A stretch of 64,000 bases of DNA from Acidimicrobiaceae bacterium UBA7830 (GTDB taxonomy: Bacteria; Actinomycetota; Acidimicrobiia; Acidimicrobiales; Ilumatobacteraceae), in assembly GCA_002501485.1 (NCBI GenBank), contig DLTS01000036.1, forward strand, positions 7,515-71,514, in the 5' to 3' direction. The position numbers and the translations under genes are program-made. Below the pieces are notes generated by a model. It had not been told where the DNA came from. It did not search any database and saw only the letters and a list, made by a program, of their open reading frames with translations. Every line of letters starts with the position of its first letter. The stretch's first letter is position 1. This document shows positions 39,356 through 49,175 of this stretch, piece after piece.

Positions 39356-40354
39356 ATGACAACCTCCCCACACATAACGGTATTGTGCGGAGGGGTTGGG
39401 GCCGCCCGTTTCCTTCGAGCGCTATCAACCGCTATCCCCCCAAGCCATATCACGGCAATTGTCAACACCGGCGATGACACCGTGCTTCACGGGCTTCACA
39501 TCAGCCCTGACCTCGACACCATCACCTATACCTTGGCGAATGCAATTGACCCTGACCGGGGATGGGGGCTCATCGATGAGTCATGGCGAACTCTCGAGGC
39601 ACTTCATCGATACGGACAGGTGCGGCCCGCTGGTTCACGCGCCGGGAGCACATGGTTTGGACTCGGCGATCAAGATCTCGCCACCCACTTCTACCGAACT
39701 GCGCGGTTGCAAGAAGGTGCGAGTCTGACCGACGTTACCTCCGAGATTGCGTCTGCATGGGGGCTCGATTTCAGATTGTTACCGATGACCAATGACCCAG
39801 CACCCACAAAAGTCGTGGTGGACACCAATGACGACCCCGGCGCAGCAGGCGATGGCCAGATTTCGTTCCAAGAATATTTTGTCCGCCACCGACACAGCAT
39901 CCCAGTTCGCGAACTTCGCCTTGGTGCGTCTTCCGCCCAGCCAACGCGTGAGGCTATTGATGCATTGACGACTGCTGATGCCGTAGTCATCGCTCCCTCA
40001 AACCCTTTCGTCTCCATTGGGCCAATCAGAGCGCTTCCGCACGTCGACCAGATACTTGCAAAGCGCCGCACGACCGTCGTCGCAATATCTCCTCTTGTCG
40101 GTGGGGATGCAGTGAAAGGTCCGGCAGCCGACATGATGGCGACTTTTGGCTTTCAGTCAGATTCTGTCGGCATTGCGGAGATCTATCGAGACGTGTGTAG
40201 CCACCTCATCATCGATTCGAAAGACACGTCACTTGCTGCCGAAGTCGAACTTACTGGCATGACCACAACGGTAACAAACACGATGATGGGAGACACTCAG
40301 GTTGACGCAAACCTCGCACGACTCACCCTTGCCGCTGCCGATATTGCTTCGTAG
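39356..40354 (+). CDS. cofD: 2-phospho-L-lactate transferase (F420 biosynthesis, FbiA/CofD)
   Basis: ITVLCGGVGAARFLRAL, VNTGDDTVLHGLHISPDLDTITYTL, DPDRGWG, APSNPFVSIGPI. Close to my recollection of mycobacterial FbiA. Confidence 0.9.
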   Translation: MTTSPHITVLCGGVGAARFLRALSTAIPPSHITAIVNTGDDTVLHGLHISPDLDTITYTLANAIDPDRGWGLIDESWRTLEALHRYGQVRPAGSRAGSTWFGLGDQDLATHFYRTARLQEGASLTDVTSEIASAWGLDFRLLPMTNDPAPTKVVVDTNDDPGAAGDGQISFQEYFVRHRHSIPVRELRLGASSAQPTREAIDALTTADAVVIAPSNPFVSIGPIRALPHVDQILAKRRTTVVAISPLVGGDAVKGPAADMMATFGFQSDSVGIAEIYRDVCSHLIIDSKDTSLAAEVELTGMTTTVTNTMMGDTQVDANLARLTLAAADIAS

Positions 40355-40360
40355 CTCTCC

Positions 40361-41344
40361 TTACGTGGGCTCGGGAAACCGTGCGCCACGGTAGTCACCC
40401 GCTGGCACGACGCCGTCTTGACCGACTACCGCGTCGGTCAGTGATGCCTCCGACGACACCCGACCCCAAACCAACGACCTCTCGACCCTCGCGTCCGCTT
40501 CAATGACTGCGCCTGGAAGCAGCACCGAGTTTCTCACGACGGCGCCATCTTCAATCGTCGCTCTGTCGGCCACGACGCCCGACAGACTTGCCGAGGGAGA
40601 GACCTGTGACCGAACGACGGCTCCTGCGCTGTCGGCGTATGCAAGATTTGCCTTTAAGTACAACTCCGGCCGACCAGTGTCGATCCACGCATCCTCGGTC
40701 GAGAACCCAGCGAGTTCCCCCTCTGCAACTAGCTGCGCGAAGGTTGCTCGCTCAACTGACACTGGAACATCGGCTGGAATGCGATCAAGAATTGATGGCT
40801 CCACCACATATGTACCGGCATTAACAAGGCTGGAAGAGGTTTGTCCTTGTGCCGGTTTCTCCACGAATTGTTGCACCAATCTGTCGTTAGAGAGTTCAAC
40901 AACACCAAATGATGAGGGGTCATCTACCGGGGTGAGATGAATTGTCGCCTCCCGTCCGAGGGCATGATGGAACCTCACAAGATCGGCGATTGGAAGAGCC
41001 GTCACAATGTCACCGTTTGCAACGATGAACGTGTCATCTAAGCCGGCCGAATCAGCCGCAAACTTGATTGCTCCTGCGGTATCTCGTGGCTCGGGCTCGA
41101 CGGCGTAGTGCAAGTTGACGGTGGCCCCGTCATGAGTAAGTGAATCTCCAGGGAACGCAGCCCGGAAAGCGTCGGGCTGGAACCCGAGAGCGAGCACGAT
41201 GTCGGTAACTCCTCCGGCAGCAAGCCGCTCAGCAAGTCGGACCACCATTGGCGTGTTGCCGATCGGCAGCATCGGTTTCGGCACGGTGTTTGTCAGTGGG
41301 CGAAGCCTCGTACCAAACCCTCCAACCAAAACCACTGCGAACAT
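40361..41344 (-). CDS. manC: Mannose-1-phosphate guanylyltransferase-like NDP-sugar pyrophosphorylase
   Basis: VLVGGFGTRLRPLTNTVPKPMLPI plus a C-terminal left-handed beta-helix repeat region. Resembles the mycobacterial GDP-mannose pyrophosphorylase. Confidence 0.8.
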   Translation of the reverse strand: MFAVVLVGGFGTRLRPLTNTVPKPMLPIGNTPMVVRLAERLAAGGVTDIVLALGFQPDAFRAAFPGDSLTHDGATVNLHYAVEPEPRDTAGAIKFAADSAGLDDTFIVANGDIVTALPIADLVRFHHALGREATIHLTPVDDPSSFGVVELSNDRLVQQFVEKPAQGQTSSSLVNAGTYVVEPSILDRIPADVPVSVERATFAQLVAEGELAGFSTEDAWIDTGRPELYLKANLAYADSAGAVVRSQVSPSASLSGVVADRATIEDGAVVRNSVLLPGAVIEADARVERSLVWGRVSSEASLTDAVVGQDGVVPAGDYRGARFPEPT

Positions 41345-41359
41345 GATTCGTTCGCTTTC

Positions 41360-42115
41360 TTACTCAGCAACAGAGGTTTCGGAGAAGTCTTCCGAGTCGG
41401 CAGCAATTGCAGTTTGACCGAGCGAGCGAAGCACGCCAATCGATGCAGGTTTTGCGACAGGATCACCCCGCGGCACGAAGGCAACAGCGATGACTAGACC
41501 ATCAGAATCAAGTGGTATCTCGCCCATCTTTGATATGTACCGATTACCCGACGAGGCATCGTCAGCCGATTCCCACACGACTACTGAGACGTCGGCGTTA
41601 GTTTCGACGCCATCGATATTGCAGGTCGTCTCACCTTCGGTATAAGACTTGCCGTCCATCTGGTCGTCGGGGAATATCAATGAGTCGTCAGCGATCGTGA
41701 TGCCGTGCACTGCGAGCAATGCCGAGAGGTCGAGAGGCACATCTGTGAGCTCGGCTGCATATGGGTGCACCGTTGCAACGCCCTCTGCGTACTGGTACAC
41801 GCCGGTGTCTCGGTATGCGGGGTAGTCAATTCGGCCCTCGGCATTGCGTTCACCATCACCGTCGCTAATCGTCGCCCAATCACCACAGATGTTGATGCCG
41901 TAGGCAACGTCGTAATACTCACTGATCGGCGTGACCGGAGCACCGTCACCTGCGCCCGGAATCGTCTGACGGGCGTAGACAATTGAGGCAACACCGAGAA
42001 CAACGACAAGCAACAACGCAATAGGAAAAATGCTGCCGCCTTGGAACTGCACAGAGCGACCAGAACTACGCCCTGCGAGCTTCGCCGCTTTTTTTGTTGA
42101 AGAGGTCGCTGCCAC
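41360..42115 (-). CDS. Hypothetical N-terminally anchored extracytoplasmic protein
   Basis: Basic N-terminal tail, one TM (IFPIALLLVVVLGVASIVY), then a roughly 200-aa acidic domain. Sits inside the GT4/manC operon; GTG start. Confidence 0.5.
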   Translation of the reverse strand: MAATSSTKKAAKLAGRSSGRSVQFQGGSIFPIALLLVVVLGVASIVYARQTIPGAGDGAPVTPISEYYDVAYGINICGDWATISDGDGERNAEGRIDYPAYRDTGVYQYAEGVATVHPYAAELTDVPLDLSALLAVHGITIADDSLIFPDDQMDGKSYTEGETTCNIDGVETNADVSVVVWESADDASSGNRYISKMGEIPLDSDGLVIAVAFVPRGDPVAKPASIGVLRSLGQTAIAADSEDFSETSVAE

Positions 42116-42146
42116 GGCGTGAGAGGCTATCGCCGGTTACGTCGAG

Positions 42147-43382
42147 TTACCCGGTTTGCTCACCGGCGAGCACCCTCTCATATGCCTGCGCCGCAGCAGC
42201 CGGAGACGCGTGGTCTGCAACCCATCGGGGGCCATTGGCTCCAAACTCCTCGCAGCGCTCCCGGTCGCTGAGAAGGGCGTCAACAGCGTCGAGCAGTGCG
42301 CCGATATTGTCCGGGGGGATGCTGACCCCCGCGTTCGCGTCCGCGAGCAGCCGAGCAACCGCTGATCCCTCGTCAATTGCTGCGATAACGGGTTTGCCGA
42401 CCGCAAGAATCGAATACGTTTTCGAGGGGACGCTCACCGACCCAAGCCCTGCTCGGAGGGGTACAACATGAATGTCCGCTGCTGACAACACCTCTGGAAG
42501 TCGCTCCGCTGGCTGGTATCCGACATGATGTAAATTTGCTATGCGCTCAGCGGCATCAGCGATGACGTCTCGCATCGCACCGTCACCGTTGATAACAATG
42601 TTGACCTCCGGGCGCTTCTCAGCCAAGCCGATCATGAGATCGAGCGACTGCGAGTAGCCAAGATTTCCGGCGTACATAACGATGGGCCCGTCGCCAAGGC
42701 AAAACTCATTTCGATATGACGACCCATCGGCGGGATTAAGCCAGTTGATGTCGACAAAGTTGGGGATGACGACAATATCGGTGCGTGCCGACCGTCGGCT
42801 TTCGAGTTTTGCATTCACATTGTCGGCGAGGTCGTCGCTGAGCACGGTCACTACGTCTGCGCAGTTATATGACAGTCGTTCGAGACGGTATGCCGCACGG
42901 ATAACGGCGGAGTTGGTAATCGCTCCTGTGCGCACCGCAGCATCGGGAAAGACATCTTGGATGTTGAATACAAACCGGCCTCGACGCAGTTTCGCAACGA
43001 GCCATCCGGTAAGTCCAAGAGTGAGGGGCGGACTCATTGCGAGTACCGCATCGACCTTGCGGAACCATCCGCCTGGGCGCGCTGCCGAAAAACCAACAAG
43101 GGCGGTAAATCCGACAAATCCGAGTGCCCGCTTAAAAAGGTTGCGTTTGTCGCCTGACGGAAATGGATGAACCCGAGTAACCGAGCCCCACCCCGTTGTT
43201 TCTGTGCGAGTGAGTCGACCGGTCCACTCTTCTTCAACCTGGTGATCGCGATACCACGGCAACGACGTCACCACATGAATCTCGTGACCTCGATCGACGA
43301 GCCCCTCGACAATGCCGGTCATCACGGTGCCGGTCGGAGCGGTGTCGGGCGCAAAATGTGGGCAGAGCACGACGATCTTCAT
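42147..43382 (-). CDS. Glycosyltransferase family 4 (WbuB/WcaI-like)
   Basis: MKIVVLCPHFAPDTAPTG... N-terminus and a GT-B C-terminal E-x7-E-like region. ATGA overlap with the upstream GT. Confidence 0.8.
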   Translation of the reverse strand: MKIVVLCPHFAPDTAPTGTVMTGIVEGLVDRGHEIHVVTSLPWYRDHQVEEEWTGRLTRTETTGWGSVTRVHPFPSGDKRNLFKRALGFVGFTALVGFSAARPGGWFRKVDAVLAMSPPLTLGLTGWLVAKLRRGRFVFNIQDVFPDAAVRTGAITNSAVIRAAYRLERLSYNCADVVTVLSDDLADNVNAKLESRRSARTDIVVIPNFVDINWLNPADGSSYRNEFCLGDGPIVMYAGNLGYSQSLDLMIGLAEKRPEVNIVINGDGAMRDVIADAAERIANLHHVGYQPAERLPEVLSAADIHVVPLRAGLGSVSVPSKTYSILAVGKPVIAAIDEGSAVARLLADANAGVSIPPDNIGALLDAVDALLSDRERCEEFGANGPRWVADHASPAAAAQAYERVLAGEQTG

Positions 43383-44509
43383 GCCATTTCGACCGTTCGT
43401 ATGTACGCACTTCTCAACGCTGATCCTGACGCTTCGAGCGTGAAGTCGCGTGCACGGGCAGAAGCGGCTGATACAAGGGCATCTCGGCTTTCCAATGCTT
43501 GGGTGATGCCGTCTGCAATTAGTTCTGGTTCATGCCCCACCAATATCGCAGCGTTGCCCGCAACCTCTCGAAGGGCACCAATATCACTACACACCACTGG
43601 AGTGCCAAGGGTCATCGCTTCAATAACCGGGGCACCGAATCCTTCTTCTTCGCTCGGTATTGCGACTACATCTGCTGCTGCGATCAATAGATTTCTCATC
43701 TCGTTAGAGACACGGCCCATGCGGATGACCTGCTCTGGGTGAGGGGATGTCGCAATCGCGTCAAGCACCTTCTCTTCGGCCGAGCCAACGCCTCCAATGA
43801 GCACCAATCTTGCGTCTGGCAAACGTTGCATCGCTGTAATTAACCGGAGGTGACCCTTATGCGGGTGAGTAATTGCCGGATAGACGACGAGTGGCTGACC
43901 ATTTCCCAGCGCTTCGCGTTGATGCTGTACCTCTGCAGGGTCGGCGGTCAACGAGGGCACCCCATGTGGGACAACCGCAATCTTTTTGCGATCCACCGAA
44001 AACGAACGAGCGACATCGTCGGCCACATGAGCCGTGGGAGTCGTAATTGTCGTTGCCGCCCGGGCTGAGCGCGGCACCATCGCCTGCAAGTACCGACGCC
44101 GTGACGACGAGAAGTACTGCGGAAATCTGAGGAACTGCAGATCATGAATCGTCAGCACCGTCGGGGTCGATGACCGAACAATCGGCAAAGTACCTCCACC
44201 GTGATGAACGAGATCCGTATTTCGGGTTACGCGAGCAAGTGCTGTGTGCTCGATTGCGATGCGTATTGCCCGCCTGTCGACATCGAATCGACTCACTACT
44301 TGAATGAAGTCTTTGAGCTCGCGGCGCTCCGCGGCAAGACGACGACCGAGGTGCACCGTGCACAAGATCTCCTGGTCATCGTGTTCAGACATCACCTGTT
44401 GAAGTCCGGCAAGTTGACGAATGAGATATTCCTCAGAGCCCCCAACACGTTGATGAGCGCACCACAAGAGATTTACGTGAGCAACGATCGGTGTCTTCGT
44501 GTTAGGCAT
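43379..44509 (-). CDS. Glycosyltransferase family 4/1
   Basis: GT-B fold signatures (...VVAIPSEEEGFGAPVIEAMTLGTPVV...). 8-nt overlap with the upstream GT. Confidence 0.8.
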   Translation of the reverse strand: MPNTKTPIVAHVNLLWCAHQRVGGSEEYLIRQLAGLQQVMSEHDDQEILCTVHLGRRLAAERRELKDFIQVVSRFDVDRRAIRIAIEHTALARVTRNTDLVHHGGGTLPIVRSSTPTVLTIHDLQFLRFPQYFSSSRRRYLQAMVPRSARAATTITTPTAHVADDVARSFSVDRKKIAVVPHGVPSLTADPAEVQHQREALGNGQPLVVYPAITHPHKGHLRLITAMQRLPDARLVLIGGVGSAEEKVLDAIATSPHPEQVIRMGRVSNEMRNLLIAAADVVAIPSEEEGFGAPVIEAMTLGTPVVCSDIGALREVAGNAAILVGHEPELIADGITQALESRDALVSAASARARDFTLEASGSALRSAYIRTVEMA

Positions 44510-45593
44510 TGCGTTCGTGCACCGCCTGATAGACCGTCATCATTGCGTTCGCAGTGTTAGCCCAAGTGCACTCTCGTGCTCGATCGAGCCCCTTGGCCCG
44601 GAGCTGTTGGGCATTGTTGAGGGCTGATGTGATGCCATGCCCGATCGAATCGACATCGAACGGATCGACAAGCTCTCCCGCTCCTCCCGCAACCTCTTCG
44701 GTTGCCGTGCCACGACTGGTAACAACGGGGGTGCCTGCTGCCATTGCCTCAAGCACCGGGAGCCCAAATCCTTCTTCCTCGCTCGGATATGCGAGCACGT
44801 TGGCTGCGGCGTAGAGCACACGAAGGTGATCACCTCGCATATGTCCGAGGAATAGGACGTGTTGAGACGATGCCTCCAGATCGGCTGCGACGTCTCCCCA
44901 ACCCGGCGGGCCCGCTACGACTAACGGTGGCACACCAGGCAGGCGCTGATGAGCCTCAATTAGCCTCCGAAGGTTTTTGCGAGGTTCGAGGGTTGCGACG
45001 GCAAGAACGAATTCAGTTGGCAGCCCGTAGTGGGCTCGAACGCCTGCGATTTCGCCACTAGGTACATCAACGGTGTCGACACCCCACGGAACGACATGCA
45101 CTCGATCAGCATCGAATCCAGCAGCAACAAGGTCGTCGTGCACTACGGAGCTCGGACAGGTGACTGCGGCAGCGGATCGAGAACGTTCAACCGCATTGGT
45201 GAGCACCCTCGCCCCTTGCCGGGTAAGGCGGTCGGGGCGCCGCAAAAAGGCAACATCGTGCAACGTCACCACATTTGGAGCTTTCGATGACGCAGGAATA
45301 CCTGCAGTCGAATGGCAGACGTCGACCGTTCCCGTCGCTGACTCGACCAACGGCCACTTCAGGCGGCGCCAACTTTCATATAGCCACGGTCGGGCCAATG
45401 GAAGTGACGTCATTGCAATCGTTGGCTCGTACCCGGTCATCGGGGGCCGGCGGTGACGGCCTGCAACGCCGATCAGGTCGATACCTTCTTGTTGCGAGAG
45501 TTCTTGGGCGAGGCGCAACATCGACGTCGCTGTCCCCCCTGGCACGTCATGCCAGCACTGCTCCAAGGTGTAAGCGACACGCACGACGTACAT
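44502..45593 (-). CDS. Glycosyltransferase family 4/1
   Basis: ...VLAYPSEEEGFGLPVLEAMAAGTPVVTS... GT-B signature. Confidence 0.8.
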   Translation of the reverse strand: MYVVRVAYTLEQCWHDVPGGTATSMLRLAQELSQQEGIDLIGVAGRHRRPPMTGYEPTIAMTSLPLARPWLYESWRRLKWPLVESATGTVDVCHSTAGIPASSKAPNVVTLHDVAFLRRPDRLTRQGARVLTNAVERSRSAAAVTCPSSVVHDDLVAAGFDADRVHVVPWGVDTVDVPSGEIAGVRAHYGLPTEFVLAVATLEPRKNLRRLIEAHQRLPGVPPLVVAGPPGWGDVAADLEASSQHVLFLGHMRGDHLRVLYAAANVLAYPSEEEGFGLPVLEAMAAGTPVVTSRGTATEEVAGGAGELVDPFDVDSIGHGITSALNNAQQLRAKGLDRARECTWANTANAMMTVYQAVHERNA

Positions 45594-45611
45594 CCTGCCG
45601 TATTTTGAGAC

Positions 45612-46463
45612 TCAATTTCCGCCATATAGAGCAGCGACGAGTTCTTCCAGCGGGGCTTGGTGGTCCCGCAGCGGAATGCACCCCGCTGAGCGCCACACGA
45701 AATTATCGAGCACACTATTCATCGGTCGTGGCGCTGCTCGTGGCGGCTCAAGGTCTGCTGTTGCGATCGGTGACACCATTGACGGGTCTTTTCCGGCAGC
45801 AGACACGATCTCTTGCACGAACTCGAACCAGCTCACCGGTCGAGCATTGGTGAGGTGATGGATGCCAGACCGTCGATCGACAGCGAGTTGTCGAAGCGCC
45901 GGGGCGAGATCGGCCGTGAACGTCGGACATCCGCGCTGGTCATCAACGAATGACAGGTGGTTGCGCTCACCGATCAAGCGAAGAACGGTGGCCACCATAT
46001 TTGACCCATGCTCACCACATACCCATGAAGATCGGACAACTGCGGCATCGGGCCCCGCTTCGTGTTCACCCGCCAATTTCGATGCACCGTACACCGATAG
46101 AGGGTGAGGCGTATCCCATTCGCGGTAGGGCTCCGGCTGTGATCCGTCAAAGACGTAGTCGGTGCTGACGGTGACGAGATGGCTTCCTGTGCGAGACGCC
46201 GCTTCACGTAACCATCGCACGCTCAAAGCGTTCTCAAGGAACGCTCGTTGCTCATCCGATTCACAGGCATCCACAGCAGTCCACGCCGCACAATTAATGA
46301 TTGCATCTGGTCGGATCAATGTCACCGCCCCGTGAACGTGGTCGCGCTGCGTCACGTCAAGTTCGGCATGCGACACCCCAACAACATCGTCTCCCCGCTC
46401 GGAGCAGTGTGCAGCCACGTCACGCCCAAGTTGGCCACCAGCGCCGGTAACGAGAAGTCTCAT
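45612..46463 (-). CDS. rmlD: dTDP-4-dehydrorhamnose reductase
   Basis: MRLLVTGAGGQLG..., ...VSTDYVFDG..., YGASKLAGE. The track ORF is trimmed to ATG 46463, downstream of the rmlB stop. Confidence 0.88.
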   Translation of the reverse strand: MRLLVTGAGGQLGRDVAAHCSERGDDVVGVSHAELDVTQRDHVHGAVTLIRPDAIINCAAWTAVDACESDEQRAFLENALSVRWLREAASRTGSHLVTVSTDYVFDGSQPEPYREWDTPHPLSVYGASKLAGEHEAGPDAAVVRSSWVCGEHGSNMVATVLRLIGERNHLSFVDDQRGCPTFTADLAPALRQLAVDRRSGIHHLTNARPVSWFEFVQEIVSAAGKDPSMVSPIATADLEPPRAAPRPMNSVLDNFVWRSAGCIPLRDHQAPLEELVAALYGGN

Positions 46464-46483
46464 GTCACCATTGTTGCCGATGG

Positions 46484-47455
46484 CTAGCGAAAAGTGCGTG
46501 CCTTCAGCGGTTCCCACCAGTCTCGGCGCGATTTGTACCAGTCGACGGTTTCCGCAAGGCCGGTTTCGAAATCTCGGGTCAACTTCCAACCAAGAGCGCT
46601 GATGCGATCGATGTCGACCGAGTATCGACGGTCATGCCCGAGTCGATCGGCTACCAGTTCGATAAAAGACTCATCTCGCCCGCAGAGATCAAGCAGGCGA
46701 TATGTGATTTCACGGTTGGTGATTTCATTGTGAGCACCAATGTTGTAAACCTCACCGATTTCGCCCTTCTCAAGTACCACTTGCACGGCACGGTTGTGAT
46801 CTTCGACATGGATCCAATCTCGAATGTTGCCACCATCACCGTACAGAGGCACTTTGTGGCCATCAAGCAGATTGGTAGTGAACAATGGAATGAGTTTCTC
46901 TGGGAACTGGTACGGCCCGTAGTTGTTCGAGCATCGAGTCACCACCAGGGGCAGCCCGTATGTCGTCACATAGCTAAGGGCGATGAGGTCACTACCCGCT
47001 TTGGAAGCCGAGTAGGGGCTGCGCGGCACAAGACGATCAAATTCTTGGAACGACCCAACGTCAATAGAGCCATAGGTTTCGTCGGTGGAAATGTGCACAA
47101 ACCGCTCGATGTCCGAGCGACTAGCAACGTCACATAAGACATTGGTGCCGAATACGTTCGTATGCACGAAGGCGTATGGGTCTTCAATTGAGCGGTCGAC
47201 GTGGCTTTCGGCGGCGAAGTGCACGACGACGTTATGCCCAGGTAACGCAGTTTCGACAGCGTTGCGATCGCAGATATCACCCTCCACGAATGAACAACGA
47301 TCGTCAGGAGCTTCAACGAGGTCGTTAATGCTCTCGAAGTTTCCCGCATAGGTCAGTTTGTCAAACACCGTCACGGTGTGGTCGGTGTTTGCAAGCAGCC
47401 AGCGAACGTAATTCGAACCGATAAATCCTGCGGCGCCGGTGACGAAATACTTCAT
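46484..47455 (-). CDS. rmlB: dTDP-glucose 4,6-dehydratase
   Basis: MKYFVTGAAGFIGSNYV, HFAAESHVDRS, STDETYG, YSASKAGSD. Confidence 0.93.
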   Translation of the reverse strand: MKYFVTGAAGFIGSNYVRWLLANTDHTVTVFDKLTYAGNFESINDLVEAPDDRCSFVEGDICDRNAVETALPGHNVVVHFAAESHVDRSIEDPYAFVHTNVFGTNVLCDVASRSDIERFVHISTDETYGSIDVGSFQEFDRLVPRSPYSASKAGSDLIALSYVTTYGLPLVVTRCSNNYGPYQFPEKLIPLFTTNLLDGHKVPLYGDGGNIRDWIHVEDHNRAVQVVLEKGEIGEVYNIGAHNEITNREITYRLLDLCGRDESFIELVADRLGHDRRYSVDIDRISALGWKLTRDFETGLAETVDWYKSRRDWWEPLKARTFR

Positions 47456-47473
47456 GGGTTTGTTCTCTTTCGA

Positions 47474-48040
47474 TCAGGTTCGCATCGGCCAGTAGGGGCG
47501 GCGCCCTTCTGGAAGGTTGGCGCGTAGCGGATTCGTTTGGTCACGTTCGGAGACGATGGGATCGGTCACGACCCAGTCAGCACCGATCTCTGTGTCATTC
47601 CATGCAACGCCAAGTTCGTCTGCTGGGTTGTAGTACCCGTCAACGAGATACGTCATCACCACGTCGGTAACCGCGGAGAACCCGTGGGCAACCCCTGGCG
47701 GGATATACACACCCCAGTGGTTCTCTCCTGAGATGTCGAAGCACGCCGTATTGCCATCAGTTGGGCCTCCCACTCGAAGATCGTGTAATACGACTCGAGC
47801 GGTGCCCATCGGCACGTACCAGTAATCGGCCTGGTGCAGGTGATAATGCAAGCCAACGAGAGCACTTGCCTGTTTGTTTGACCGGTTCGACTGGATCATC
47901 TCGCGTGAGTTCGGAAACCACTGCCGGCGGTAGGTCTCGATAAAAAGCCCTCGCTCGTCACCATGCAACGTTGGCTGTACGACATAAACGCCGTCGATCT
48001 CGGTTCCGATCGCATCGGATAATGAAAGTACGTCAGGCAT
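47474..48040 (-). CDS. rmlC: dTDP-4-dehydrorhamnose 3,5-epimerase
   Basis: ...HGDERGLFIETY...VGLHYH...QADYWYV...GVAHGF. Start ATG 48040. Confidence 0.9.
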   Translation of the reverse strand: MPDVLSLSDAIGTEIDGVYVVQPTLHGDERGLFIETYRRQWFPNSREMIQSNRSNKQASALVGLHYHLHQADYWYVPMGTARVVLHDLRVGGPTDGNTACFDISGENHWGVYIPPGVAHGFSAVTDVVMTYLVDGYYNPADELGVAWNDTEIGADWVVTDPIVSERDQTNPLRANLPEGRRPYWPMRT

Positions 48041-48070
48041 AGTTCCCTTCCGAGTGAGTACCAATCTCAG

Positions 48071-49150
48071 TTATTCGACATCGATCTGACAGTGATCACC
48101 AACCATGAGTTGGAGCGAACGTGGTTTGCGGCCGGTGCGAATGACCTCGGCATGCGATCCGATCAACGATCCCTCAAGGCGAGGGATATCGCTGATGATT
48201 GAGTTATCCATGATGACCGAGTGCTCGACCTCGCTGCTCGCAACAGAGCACCGAGCCCCGATCGCTGAAAACGGGCCAATGAACGCATCACGGATTTCAG
48301 TGTCAGGCCCGATCGACACTGGTCCACGAATCGTTGAGTTGATGATGCGAGCTCCTCCCGCAATGTGCACTCGACCGTCGATCACCGATGACTCGTCTAC
48401 GTCACCATCGATTTGAGTGTTGATGCGCTCTAGCAACAACCGGTTGGCTTCGAGCAGCGGCGTGAGTTTTCCAGTATCGATCCACCAGCCGGTAAGTAAC
48501 TCGCAGCGAACCCGTCGGCCCTGGTCGACAAGCCACTGAATCGCATCGGTGATTTCGAGTTCGCCTCGTGGCGACGGCTCAATTGCTGCAACTGCGTCGT
48601 GGATCATTGCGTTGAACAGATAGACGCCGACAAGCGCAAGATCTGAGGGTGGATCCGAGGGCTTTTCGATGAGTCTCACAACGCTCCCCTCGCTGTCAAG
48701 GGTTGCAATTCCAAAGCGGTGCGGGTCTGGAACTTGTTTGAGAAGGATCTGGGCGTCAGGTGCTGTCGTTCCTGAGCGTTCCCGTTCGAACGCAGCGGTG
48801 AAGGCCGCAAGATCCTGTTGGAGAAGGTTGTCGCCGAGATACATGACAAAGTCGTCATCGCCAAGAAAGTCCTTTGCGATAAGAACACAGTGGGCGATAC
48901 CGAGTGGCTCATCTTGGGGGATGTACGTGATGGCAGCCCCAAACCGCGCTCCGTCGCCGAGCGCCTCCATAACCTCTTCACGGGTGTCACCAACGATGAC
49001 GCCAATTTCAGTAATACCGGCGTCGACCATCGCTTCAATCCCGTAGAAGAGGATCGGCTTATTGGCAACAGGGACAAGCTGCTTCGCCCGAGTATGGGTG
49101 ATCGGGCGAAGTCTGGTTCCTGCGCCGCCGGCAAGAATGAGAGCCTTCAC
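48071..49150 (-). CDS. rmlA: Glucose-1-phosphate thymidylyltransferase (long form with LbH tail)
   Basis: VKALILAGGAGTRLRPITHTRAKQLVPV from GTG 49150; the track ORF extension overlaps the LCP gene. About 359 aa with C-terminal hexapeptide repeats. Confidence 0.88.
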   Translation of the reverse strand: MKALILAGGAGTRLRPITHTRAKQLVPVANKPILFYGIEAMVDAGITEIGVIVGDTREEVMEALGDGARFGAAITYIPQDEPLGIAHCVLIAKDFLGDDDFVMYLGDNLLQQDLAAFTAAFERERSGTTAPDAQILLKQVPDPHRFGIATLDSEGSVVRLIEKPSDPPSDLALVGVYLFNAMIHDAVAAIEPSPRGELEITDAIQWLVDQGRRVRCELLTGWWIDTGKLTPLLEANRLLLERINTQIDGDVDESSVIDGRVHIAGGARIINSTIRGPVSIGPDTEIRDAFIGPFSAIGARCSVASSEVEHSVIMDNSIISDIPRLEGSLIGSHAEVIRTGRKPRSLQLMVGDHCQIDVE

Positions 49151-49175
49151 AGTCCCGAAGGCTAACTCATGCTCG

